Assembly (NCBI RefSeq): GCF_001194135.2
Contig: NC_068984.1
Span: 114,585,986-114,649,985 of the forward strand
DNA length: 64,000 nucleotides
Source: Octopus bimaculoides
Lineage: Eukaryota
Direction: 5' to 3'
Shown here: positions 53,325 through 64,000 of the stretch, piece by piece
Position numbering within the stretch: position 1 is the stretch's first letter
Layout: each line of letters opens with the position of its first letter
Translations under genes and position numbers: made by a program
The notes under the pieces: generated by a model
Databases searched by the model: none
What the model saw: the letters and a program-made list of their open reading frames with translations, nothing else
Told to the model about the DNA's origin: nothing

Positions 53325-54330
53325 CATCACCATCATTATCTTTTAACGTCCATCTTTCATGCTGGCATCTGATGGGTCTGATAACAGTATCATGCTCCAA
53401 TGTGTGCTTCAGCATGGTTTCTATGGCTGGACGCCCTTCCTGACACCAACCACATTACAGGGTGTACTGGGTGCTTTATTTTTTTTCCTTCATGGATGAA
53501 CACAAGTGACATTGCTATGCAGCTTGCAACTTAAGATCTCCTTCAACTGAGTATAAGGGAGGTGGCTTTATGCTAAGAGATGAGAGTAAGGTATGAGAAG
53601 AGACCAGACCAGAACAGCTTTATTGTATGGCTATTTATGTTGTAGAAGAAAGTGTGGGAGTAGCAGAGATAGTACTAGAAAGTGAAATGAAATAGTGGAG
53701 ATGAAGTGTCAGGGAAGACCTCAATATACAAAGTGAGCAGAAGTGAGTGAGCACAGAAGAACAGTGGTAGGTAGAGGTTGCAAGAATGTATGAGGAGAGT
53801 GAAATGGGTGAGGGGTGAATATAATGAATGAAGAACAAGTGTTGAGGGATGCATAAATATATGTTGGAGGGAAGATAGGCAAGAGTAGGTGATGACTGTA
53901 GAGATTGGATAGGGTTGAGGGGTGGATGTAATGAACAGTGGACAAGGGATGAGGGGGATCAAATGATAATATGAAGTGAGGGGAAAAGAGGTGATGACTG
54001 ATAGTACAGAAAGGGTGAAGAGCAGCAGTGTGTGATAATGATACAGTAGAGAGGGGAAGGATGAAAGAAAGAGACATGATGTGTGGTTGGATAGGTTGCA
54101 AGAGTGGGAGGTGTAGTGCATAGGGAGAGTGAGTGATGCATGGAGAGGGAGATATAATCTGGTGGCATAGAAGGGTGATCAATGTAAACACTGAGTGAAG
54201 AAAGGCAGTATTAAGAATGGAGGAGAAGTATCAAGTGAGGTGGTTCAAGGTAGTGAGAAAGACAAGTGGTATTAGGGAAAAGCTATTGGAGTATACATTT
54301 TTGCTCACATTTAATTACAGCAGCAGATTA
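53325..54330 (-). mobile_element. Long non-autonomous RTE-tailed element with a purine-rich plus strand
   Basis: RTE tail motifs at 53325-53470, then about 750 nt of G/A-rich sequence with no protein-like frame. Confidence 0.6.
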
Positions 54331-54434
54331 TTAAAAGTTAGGCAGGTCATGGAAAGGGACAGTGATAGAGAGATGAGTTTTGTGATCAGTTTGAGAAGGA
54401 CTGTGGGCAAAAGGCCCAGTTATGTGTGTCTATG

Positions 54435-54794
54435 TGGAGGCACAATGGCCCAATGGTTAGGGCAGTGGACTCGCGGTCATAGGATCGCAGTTTCGATTCC
54501 CAGACCAGGCATTGTGAGTGTTTATTGAGCAAAAACACCTAAAGATCCATGTGGCTCCAGCAGGGGATGGTGACGAACCCTGCTGTACTCTTTCACCACA
54601 ACTTTCTCTCACTCTTACTTCCTGTTTTTGTTGTGCCTGTATTTCAAAGGGCCAGCTATATCACACACTGTGTCACGCTGAATATCCCCGAAAACTACGT
54701 TAAGTGCCACTTGCACGTTAATTTCACGAGCAAGCTGTTCTGTTGATCGGATCAACTGGAACCCTCGTCGTCATAAGTGACAGAGTGCCAACAA
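54435..54794 (+). mobile_element. Full-length SINE family C with 10-bp TSD
   Basis: Colinear with 7824-8214; TSD tgtgtctatg at 54425-54434 and 54795-54804. Confidence 0.9.
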
Positions 54795-54872
54795 TGTGTC
54801 TATGTGTATATATATAGATATATATGCATGCATGAAAGATGGATGTTAAACAATGATGATGATACACCTATA

Positions 54873-56115
54873 CAAAGGGGGTACTCAAAAGTAAACAGAA
54901 ACATTTTCTGTGCCTCAAACAGCTTACATGGACATTGCCATGAGCAAAACACAAGTTTACAAGTAGTTTTCATGCTTTAGGAATGGTCACTTGTTGCTTG
55001 AAGCCCAACCTCATTCTGGGCGACCGTTGACCTCCCAAATGAATGTACATATCACGAAAATTCATGAACTGATCTTGGAGGATCGTCACCAAACAAACGA
55101 CAAACTTTTTGATATGAAGCTCCTACCAACGAATTTTGAGCAAGGAATTGTGAATGAAAAGAGTTGCAGCAAAATTTGTGCATTGCTTGCTCACGGAAGA
55201 TCAAAAGCAGTCACGACTGTATGCATGTCATGAACTGAAAGAACAGTTGGAAGTTGATCTGGACCTCTTTTGGAAGCTCATCACTGGTAATGAAAGCTTC
55301 TGCTATGGCTAAAACCCAAAAACAAAGCAGCATTCAAGTCAATGGAAGCATTCGATGTCACCATACCCCAAAAAAAGCACATCAGGTGAAGTCCAATGTC
55401 AAGACAATGCTGATTTGTTTTATTGATGCAAAAGGAATTTTCTACACACAATTTGTTCCTCCTGGTCAAACTGTTACTTGGCAGTTCCGAAGCATTTGTG
55501 AGACGCAATAAAATGAAAATGCCCCGACCTGTGACAGAATGGAGAGTGGTGGTTTCATCACAACAATGAACACCACCTTGAGTGTGAGACAGTTTTGACC
55601 AAACATGGCATGACCCTGCTTATCCACCCTCCCTATTCATCCAAACTTGCTGCCTGTGACTTTTTTTTTTGTTCTCCTGAATAACAAAATGTCCTTAACC
55701 CTTTTGATACCAACCCGGCTGAAACCGGCTCTGGCTCTGAGTAAAAATGACTTATCTTCATAAATTTTGAATTAAAACCGTCCATCAAACCTTAGTCACA
55801 ATTTATGTTCCTAACACCAGCTGAATGATAACTAAGTTATTTTACTAAATTCTTTGTTATATTTAAAGTGATTGAAATATAGAGCATGTCAAAATAAATA
55901 CAGTAACGAAAGGGTTAAAGGAAAACATTTTGCAGATGAGGAAGAGGCATCACTTTGCAAGATTTCAAGGACTGCTTTGAACAATGGAAAACGTGTCTGA
56001 ACCGATGCAATGCTTCAAATAGAGAATACTTTGAAGGCAGTAAAAGTAAATACATGTAAAACTAAGTGAAGAAAATAACATTGCAAAATTCCAGTTTCTT
56101 TTGGGTACGCCGTTG
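54873..56115 (+). mobile_element. Mariner transposon, internally deleted pseudogene with both TIRs
   Basis: TA|caaagggggtactcaaaagtaaac…gtttcttttgggtacgccgttg|TA; PKKAHQVKSNVKTMLICFIDAKG…FVPPGQTV, HHNN, HPPYSSKLAACDFF, LKGKHFAD. Confidence 0.9.
55699..55914. mobile_element. piggyBac-like MITE family B nested in the mariner at 54873-56115
   Basis: TTAA|cccttttgatac…gtaacgaaaggg|TTAA; excision restores ctt aaa gga aaa cat ttt gca gat (LKGKHFAD). Confidence 0.92.
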
Positions 56116-56457
56116 TACATACATAATGATTCTGGAATCTGTTTCATCATGATAAACAAGTTTCCTCAAATACCACATACTGGTCATTTCATATGCATTC
56201 ATATACATACATACACACATGCACATTCACAACCAAATATATATAGATATGCTCATCAACATATGTATAAATACATATGTACACACATATACACAACATA
56301 CCTACATATATACATACAGGTATGACATATTCATACATACAAATACACATACATGCACACAAATGGGTGGGGGGGAAGATACACAGAGCAGAAGCATGCT
56401 TATTGTTATCCCCATTTTTAATAGCATGTCAATTTTAGAGAATTCTTGATTTTTGAG

Positions 56458-57180
56458 ACTATCTCCTCTCCTCGAAGGCGGTCCCAATTGTAATGACACA
56501 ATTGGCTTGCTCGTTCTGGAAGTGAGAATAATTTCAATAAATCAACAAGACATGTTACTGGCCACACTTAGCTCATTCTCATTTCATTTACAAATACACA
56601 CACACACACACACACACGCACACATATATATATAAAAGCCATTGTCTTCTGTTGTCTTGGGCAAATCAAAGCCTTGTGAGTGGATATGGTAGATAAACCA
56701 AAACAAGCTTGTCATGAGTGTGAATGTGTGTCTCCTTGTCTCAACATTCCTCAAAAGTTATAAATGAAAATCACTATAACAAAAGTTGTGCTGTTGGTTT
56801 CCAATTTTCTGTGAAAACATGCATGCATGGGCATTATTTTAATAAACGTAACTTTGAATTAATTCAATGTTGTTGGCTGTTCATTGTAGGTTGATGTTGA
56901 CTGTTCTTGTTCTGTTATCATTGGCCTGATGTGTAGCCTGTGGTGTACACCTCATTTGGATATTTACCACTTGCAAGGTTCTGCTTGCTATGAAACATAT
57001 GTAGACCAGGTTACAAGGCCTGCTCTTGATCTGCAGCAGGTAACATTGATGTGATGGAGGGAAGGAATTAATGTAGAGCACAAACATTTGATCACAATAA
57101 ACAAATCATTTGTGCAGGTTGTTCAACAAGAAACTGCAGAGCTGTCTTTCTTGGACTATGAGAACCTACCACCACCATAA
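56458..57180 (+). CDS. Candidate three terminal exons of an unidentified plus-strand gene (56458-56521, 56890-57039, 57118-57180)
   Basis: Donors AA|gtgaga and CAG|gtaaca; acceptors ttttgag (atypical), cattgtag, ttgtgcag; phases 2/0, 0/0, 0/stop give LSPLLEGGPNCNDTIGLLVLE-VDVDCSCSVIIGLMCSLWCTPHLDIYHLQGSACYETYVDQVTRPALDLQQ-VVQQETAELSFLDYENLPPP*. No homolog recognised. Confidence 0.25.
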
Positions 57181-57886
57181 TATTTATGTGTGTACATACA
57201 TTCGTGACTGTGTGGTTAAGAAGTTTGCTTCCCAACTATGTGGCTTAGGCAAGTATCCTCTACTATAGCCCCAAGTCAACCAAAACCTTATGAGTGGATT
57301 CAGTAGATGGAAACTGAAAGAAGCCTGTCACATGTGTTTGTGTGTCCATGGATCAAACAGAGTTTATTGACACAGATTTGCTACGATTCATCTTGCCTAC
57401 CATCACTGGTTTCCTGATGTTGTATATGGTTTAACAGAAGACTGAAAATGAGAGATACCATTTGTATGATGATAATGTTCATTAATAACTATGATGTGAT
57501 ATCAAGACAAGGTGACACGTGTGTGTGTGGTGTATATATATGTACATATATATACACACACATGCATATATACACACACATATACTCACACACATGCATA
57601 TATACACACAAACATATACACACACACACACACATACACACAAACATATACACACACACATACACACAAACATATNNNNNNNNNNNNNNNNNNNNNNNNN
57701 NNNNNNNNNNNNNNNNNNNNNNNNNNNNNNNNNNNNNNNNNNNNNNNNNNNNNNNNNNNNNNNNNNNNNNNNNNNNNNNNNNNNNNNNNNNNNNNNNNNN
57801 NNNNNNNNNNNNNNNNNNNNNNNNNNNNNNNNNNNNNNNNNNNNNNNNNNNNNNNNNNNNNNNNNNNNNNNNNNNNNNNNNNNNNA

Positions 57887-57929
<43 letters not shown>

Positions 57930-57931
<2 letters not shown>

Positions 57932-58185
57932 AGAGTTAAGGAATAGAGAAGGTAAAATCTGGTCTACATATGTTTCATAGCAAGCAGAACCTTGCAAGTG
58001 GTAAATATCCAAATGAGGTGTACACCACAGGCTACACATCAGGCCAAGGGTATCTTGATTGAATGAAAGTTTACATTGTCACAAGGAGGTACTTGTTAAC
58101 ACATGGAAGAATCGAACTTCTGAGGTTCTGCTTGCTATGAAACATATGTAGCCTGGATCTTATCTTCTCCATTTCTTAACTCTTA
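57930..58185. mobile_element. MITE-like fold-back with about 64-bp imperfect terminal inverted repeats
   Basis: 57930-57992 is the reverse complement of 58122-58185 with about 9 mismatches; no clear TSD. Confidence 0.65.
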
Positions 58186-58691
58186 TATTTTTATGCGCAT
58201 ACCCGGCAACCCTGGTCACCTACTGTGAAATATAAAAAGAACTCTTTTCAGTTTATCGTACTTCAAAACGAAAAAATCCACAACCTTCCATCTCAATGAA
58301 CCACTATCCCTGAAAATTGTTTTTTATATTTACTACTCATTGCTTGAAGCTTTCTTCCTACACCTTGATCCATACACACACCTATATAATTACATATACA
58401 TACATTTATACATAGACATCATCCTCCTTTAATATCCAATTTTGATGCTGGCATGTGTTGGACGGTTTGACCAAAGCTAGCAAGCCAGAGAGCTGCATTG
58501 GGTCCCATTTTGATTTGATTTAGTTTCTACAGCGGGATGCCCTTCATAACACCAACCACTTTACAGTATGTGCTGGGTAGTTTTAACGTGGCACTGACAC
58601 AAGTGTTTTTATATGGCACCAGCACAGGACTCTTACAGGAAAATCCTCTTCACCAGGGGATGTGGCTTTAACACTTCTGTAGTGGAGGTAC

Positions 58692-59216
58692 CAACTTGTT
58701 CAGCTTCTTCACCTTGCTGAATTGTTTTAGATGGTCCAATACAATTGGAAACGAAAACTCAAACTTTGCTGTTAACCCATGCATAGTTTGAGATGTATCC
58801 ACTTTCACTACAGTTTCCAGCTCATCATTATCCACCTTGGTTTCAAGTCTACCACAGGGCTAATTTTCAAGAGTAAAGTCACCAGACCAGAACTTCTCAA
58901 ACCATTGACATACAGTGCGCTCATTCGCTACATCTTCACCAAGCACCTCATTGATGTTTCAAGCTGTCTGGGATGCATTGGTTCCACAATGGAATTCATA
59001 TTCATAAACAACACAAATTTTTTTATCTATCCATAGGTTAACAAAAATTGATTTACAAGCAAAAACTCACAATATAATCAGACACCATGAATAGCATTTC
59101 GAAAGTGATGTAATTCTTCAATGTTGTAAAACAAAGAATTGTCAGGATAAAACATTAGAGTTAACAACTGTCAAACTTGGTGCATAAGAAAATCAGACAT
59201 TTCATTCTTAATGATT

Positions 59217-59219
<3 letters not shown>
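58692..59219 (-). mobile_element. Mariner 5' half inserted at a (TA)n array
   Basis: YEYEFHCGTNASQTA*NINEVLGEDVANERTVCQWFEKFWSGDFTLEN…KVKKLNKLVP; decayed TIR next to the TA array. Confidence 0.88.
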
Positions 59220-59295
<76 letters not shown>

Positions 59296-59785
59296 CATGT
59301 ATATATGTATGTATGTATATATACACACACACACACACATACTCTTGTGTGTATTTAGTGTACACTTGTCTCGACACTATTTGGTGGTTGCAAACAAGCA
59401 TCATCATACAGGTATGGTTATTCATTCCCAGTCTTCTGTGAAAAATACATCTGGCCATGGAGAAATATCATCTTGCTTGGAAACAGGTTGACTTCTGGTA
59501 GAAAATGTACAGACATCCAAGAAGACATGTGACAAACTAGTGAAGAAGGACATCAGGATGCTGAGTCTAACAAATGAAACAGAAAAGACTGAAATGATTG
59601 CTGATTTGCTGTGCTTGAGAAGATCCATTCATCAAAGCAAAATTAAAGCCCTAAAAATATATTATGTCTATGCTCTTTCATTCATGGTTCTGGGTTCAGT
59701 CCTATTGCATGGCACAGATACAAGTGAGCGAGTCTAACCACAGAAAATCTGCCACATCAAATTATCAGCAGACATTAGATAGTAG

Positions 59786-59831
<46 letters not shown>

Positions 59832-60259
59832 TTCAATGTACACTGTATTAAAATAAGAGCTACAAATAGTTTCATGCCACTGAAACATGTAGTTAAGCAG
59901 ATTTTTATAATGTGCCTTGTGTATAATATCCCTTACGAATGTATGTGTCTAAAAAAAAAACTGTTTGCATTTGGTCCCACTGCCTCAATGGGCTTCTCAA
60001 CTAAGAGGGCTTTGTCTTGCAAGTTACTTGGTGACCTCACTGGTGCAGGTGTCACATAAAAAGCACCAGTGCTGGTGCCATTTAAAAAGCAACCAGTACA
60101 CTCTGTAAAGTGGTTAGCATGAAGGGTATCCAGCCATAGAAACCATGCCAAAACAGACAATTGCTAGCTCCTATGAAACCATCAAAACCGTGCCAGCATA
60201 GAAAACATACATTACTTGATGATGACGATGACACACACACACACACACACACATACATA

Positions 60260-60301
<42 letters not shown>

Positions 60302-61309
60302 TATGACACAGTTCCATTTTGTGGGCATGTAGGAAACATCCATCTCATCACCATGGCCACAGCTTCTAGTGTGAAACCAATAAAGCAATAAAGGAATACA
60401 CAGACAATTTTATTCTGTACACCTATTTATTGTTTTATTATTGATGGATTGGTAGAATAGTTAAAGTATTAGACAAAAAAGGCCTTGACGCATTTTTTCC
60501 AGTTCTTTATATACTGAGTTCAAATCCCACCAAGATCTCTCTGAGATCTATAAAATACACCACTTGTCAAGTATTGGTATCAACTAACCCTGTACCTTCA
60601 AAACTGCTGGCTTTGTGCCTAAATTAGAAGCATTTTTTTCATCTCTTTGTCTCCCTTCTTAAATATTTTTGCAAACAGCAGTTGCATTAGGCTAACAAAA
60701 ATTTATCTGACAGTTTCTTCAGCAACTAATCAGAACCAGTTACGATATTCAAATATTTTCATGTGTTGCATTATATACAGGTTTCCCTTATTCTGTTGAT
60801 CACAACCACTTGAAGTTCAGAAATAATATACTAGAGGTAACAACTTTCAGCTTCCAAAAGATATGGCTGTGTAGGTAAGAAGTCTGCTTCACAATCACTT
60901 GGTACTGGGTTCAACCCCACTGTGCATCACCTGCACAAGTGCCTTCTACTATAGCCACAGGGATCTATCACCTTGCTTTAGCATTATTTGCTAAATGTAA
61001 ATAGACATCACCGTCCTGTGGTACTGTCTGTTTGAAATCGTCTATTAAATCATGCTAACCCTCACTTATTTCCAGGCTAGTTAATAATCTCCCAGTCTAT
61101 TACACAACAAACAGCCTGGATTTTTTAATACAGAGAACTAGAAACAAATGACACCATATGAATAAGCCTTGTGTTTACAAAGATTGTTCAACCTGTCAAG
61201 GCATGTCAAAAGGCTTGGTCATCTGCAAGTAAACAGTAGAGTGAAGATTGTTTACAAAAGTAAACATATATGAAGACAAAGGATTTACAAGCTCACACAC
61301 ATGTATCTT

Positions 61310-61700
61310 TTACTTGTATCAGTCATTAGACTGTGGTAATGATGGGACACCAATTTGAAGAATTTTAGTCAAATGAATCAATCTCAGTACTTCTTTTTTA
61401 AGCTTGCTACTTATTCTGTCAATTTCCTTCTGCCAAAGTACTAGGTTATAAAGATGTAAACACACCAACACCAGTAGTCAAGCACTGGTGGGGGATAAAC
61501 ACAGACACAAATACACATACATATATTATATTTTATATCATATTATATTATATATATGGGTTTCTTTTAGTTTCTGTCTCCCAAATCCATTCGCAAAGCT
61601 TTGGTCAACCTGAGGTCATAGAAGATATTTGCCCAAGGGGTCATGCAATGGGACTAAACCCAGAACCACGTGGTTGTGAAGCAAATTTCTTACCACACAG
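61310..61700 (-). mobile_element. SINE family A, head-to-head with the family-B copy at 61702-62075
   Basis: Tail and head modules recognisable though degraded. Confidence 0.8.
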
Positions 61701-62719
61701 GAATGGATGTATGGTTAAAAAGCTTGCTTTCCAACCATGTGGATTTTGGCTCAGTCTTGTTGTGCAGTACCTTGGGCAAGTGTCTTCTATTATAGCCTCC
61801 AAGGCTTTTTATGAGTGGATTTGGTAGACAGAAACTGAAAGAAGGCTGCCATGTATGTATGAGTGTATTTGTGTCTCCTTGTCTTGACATTGCATAATAG
61901 TTACAAAAGAGTAACTATCTTACAGAGTGTCACTCATTTCCAAAAATCATGTCTGGCTATGAGGGAACATTACTTTGCTTGGATACAGGTGATAGTGTCT
62001 AACCACAGAACATCTGCCATACCAAATTTCATTTGATGCATGCATGCATGGAAAAGTGGACATTAAAACCATAATGTATGTCATTGCAATCATGTAACTG
62101 ACTGCATAATAAGATAACAAAACAATGAAGAATTAACAGAAAGCTGTTGAAGGGAAGGCTTGTTCTTAGTTTAAGATCTATTACTTAACCACCAACAATA
62201 AAAGCTTTCGAGATTTTAACTCTCCATTCCCATGAATAAGTTGTAAAATATGGAGTTGGATACACTGGAGTATATATTTTTATTGTTCAAAGATATTAAA
62301 TTTGAGATTTCACTTGTGAAATGCTTCTACTGCAGTTCAAGGTGGTTTAACACAATACTCTCTTCTGAAACACTGCACAATGTTTTCTTGTCTTCAAAAA
62401 TTGTACATATATTTTGTAATGTGTAACCACTGTTTTGTTGATCTGATTATACATGTCACTGCATTGGCAAATTGACTTATTTTAAATATATTGACCGGAG
62501 ACTGCTTGGTGATTCATTCTCCGATCCAATTGGACATTGACTAAAAGAGCATGTTCCTTGTGTAGTGTTCTGGTTAAATGACCGGTCATTGTCTTGGTGG
62601 AATAACAAGGCACACCTTGTTATTCCAATTAGTAGATTAGATGTCATTACATAACTTTGTCAGTTTTTCATGTTCCCTTTAGTGATGAAGGCTGATGTAA
62701 ACCCTATAATTTGCTATCT

Positions 62720-63440
62720 TTCTCTTTTTCAATGTCTGCTGCTATGCCTCCCCCTCCAACCCAGCTGACTACAGCAAGAGGTGGTCTGTATACTTGTCAT
62801 ATAGACTAACAGATAGCATCTCTCCCAATGATTCCTATACAGAGCTTGCAAAGAAAATGGATAGGCTCTTTGTGTAGCTATTCAAACTACTCACCTCACA
62901 TATACCAACACACCTTGAAAGCAATCAGCAACCAGTAGAACTTCTCCAGCTTCCCCAAGGGTCACAAGTGGACAACAATTACACCTTCATCTTGGATGTA
63001 TGCTCCTTGTATATCTGCATAACTACTAGTAAAAGTCATACAATCAATCCAATAGCACTAGAGCACCAGGACAGATGACTCCGACTTACAGTAGGTTTTC
63101 TCTCAACAAAATTAAGCTCTCTTCTAAATTTCTGCAATGCCAGCATATTCTTCATGTACAAAAGAACTACCTCTTGACATGACCTTCCGATGGGATCTGG
63201 ATTAAGTGGGAAGCCAACTGCACAAACACTGCAAGGTTCAGAGTGCAGGGCACTGAAGTTTGGATCACCTTATATGCAGTAGTTAATTTCAGAGATGGAG
63301 GCCATGAAAATCCATGAAAACTTCAATACACTCTACAACAAAGAAGATTCATACTAGTTATCAAGCAGCAGATGGTTCCTTAAAAATCTGTTTGATTTTA
63401 CCACAACTTTCTTTTTAAGGCATGCCAAAATGCAGCTCTA
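62720..63440 (+). mobile_element. Possible highly decayed APE-type (CR1/Jockey-like) LINE fragment
   Basis: Only weak motif echoes (YRLTDSISPNDSYTELAKKMDRL; RTTS*HD); many stops. Confidence 0.3.
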
Positions 63441-64000
63441 AAACCAGCAACAAAACTTCCAGTTATTTTGTTAATATAATTTCTTTTGCTTCTTTATTAT
63501 GCTGTCAGTCAGATATATTCAATGACTAAGTATACATATAAATAATTATGTATGTGAGTATACTGATGTAAGCAGGTATGTGAGAGAGTATACATATATT
63601 AATATACATCTATATGCATGTACATTAATATATGTGTGCATGTTTGTGTGTGTGTATACACACACACACATACCAAACTGGTACTGGCATGGTTCTGTAT
63701 TTAAGAAGTTTACTTTGCAATGCCATGGCTTCAAGTTCAGTCCTAATAACATATGCCACTTTGGGTGAGAATCTTCTATCAATCCAGATGAGCAAAGCCT
63801 TGTGAATGAATTTGGTGAGAATCGAAAAGGGCGTTTTGTGTGTGTGTGTGTGTGTTCTTGCTTTGACATTCCAAGTTAATTGTAAACAAATATCAATGCC
63901 ATACAAGTGAGCACTTTGCTTGTTATCTCCTTTGAAACCACATCTTGGGGGAAAATATTACCTTATTTGAAAACTGGTAAATGTTGGCATCAGGAAAAGC

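Noticed and set aside
53635-54191. Overlapping His/Ser/Leu/Pro-rich minus-strand ORFs up to 156 aa
   Set aside because: C/T-rich composition suppresses stop codons in all frames; no domain or splice support.
60781-61155. Plus-strand exon-like segments (FPYSVDHNHLKFRNNILE; LVNNLPVYYTTNSLDFLIQRTRNK*)
   Set aside because: Good splice sites, but the open phases do not join (phase 0 gives AS*) and they lie after the stop of the 56458-57180 chain; insufficient support.
62200-62720. Possible MULE or mariner transposase echoes on the minus strand (VEAFHK, FHQDND)
   Set aside because: Only 5-6 residue matches in different frames; cannot be assigned without a profile search.

Overview
AT-rich, gapped eukaryotic draft sequence, about half repeats. 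The microsatellite load and the SINE/RTE/mariner families fit a coleoid cephalopod, probably octopus (inference from recalled repeat families). No long ORF in the supplied track is a real gene: they are microsatellite, N-gap or transposon translations. Well supported: four decayed Tc1/mariner elements (one full length with TIRs and TA, DD41D-like), two carrying nested TTAA-specific MITEs; hAT MITEs with 8-bp TSDs; a Helentron-type non-autonomous element; RTE and R4/Dong LINE fragments; at least four modular tRNA-SINE families; and Penelope-type remnants with minimal hammerhead ribozyme motifs. A CpG-retaining zone at about 46.7-53.2 kb separates two CpG-depleted flanks and may be a divergent promoter region. 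Phase-consistent chains of small candidate exons suggest a minus-strand gene to its left and a plus-strand gene to its right, but I cannot name either protein and confidence is low. Most interesting: the hammerhead motifs (two share a non-canonical U6, one sits in a fold-back) and a perfect 89-bp inverted copy of a candidate coding exon about 950 bp downstream. Repeat boundaries without a stated TSD or TIR are approximate.
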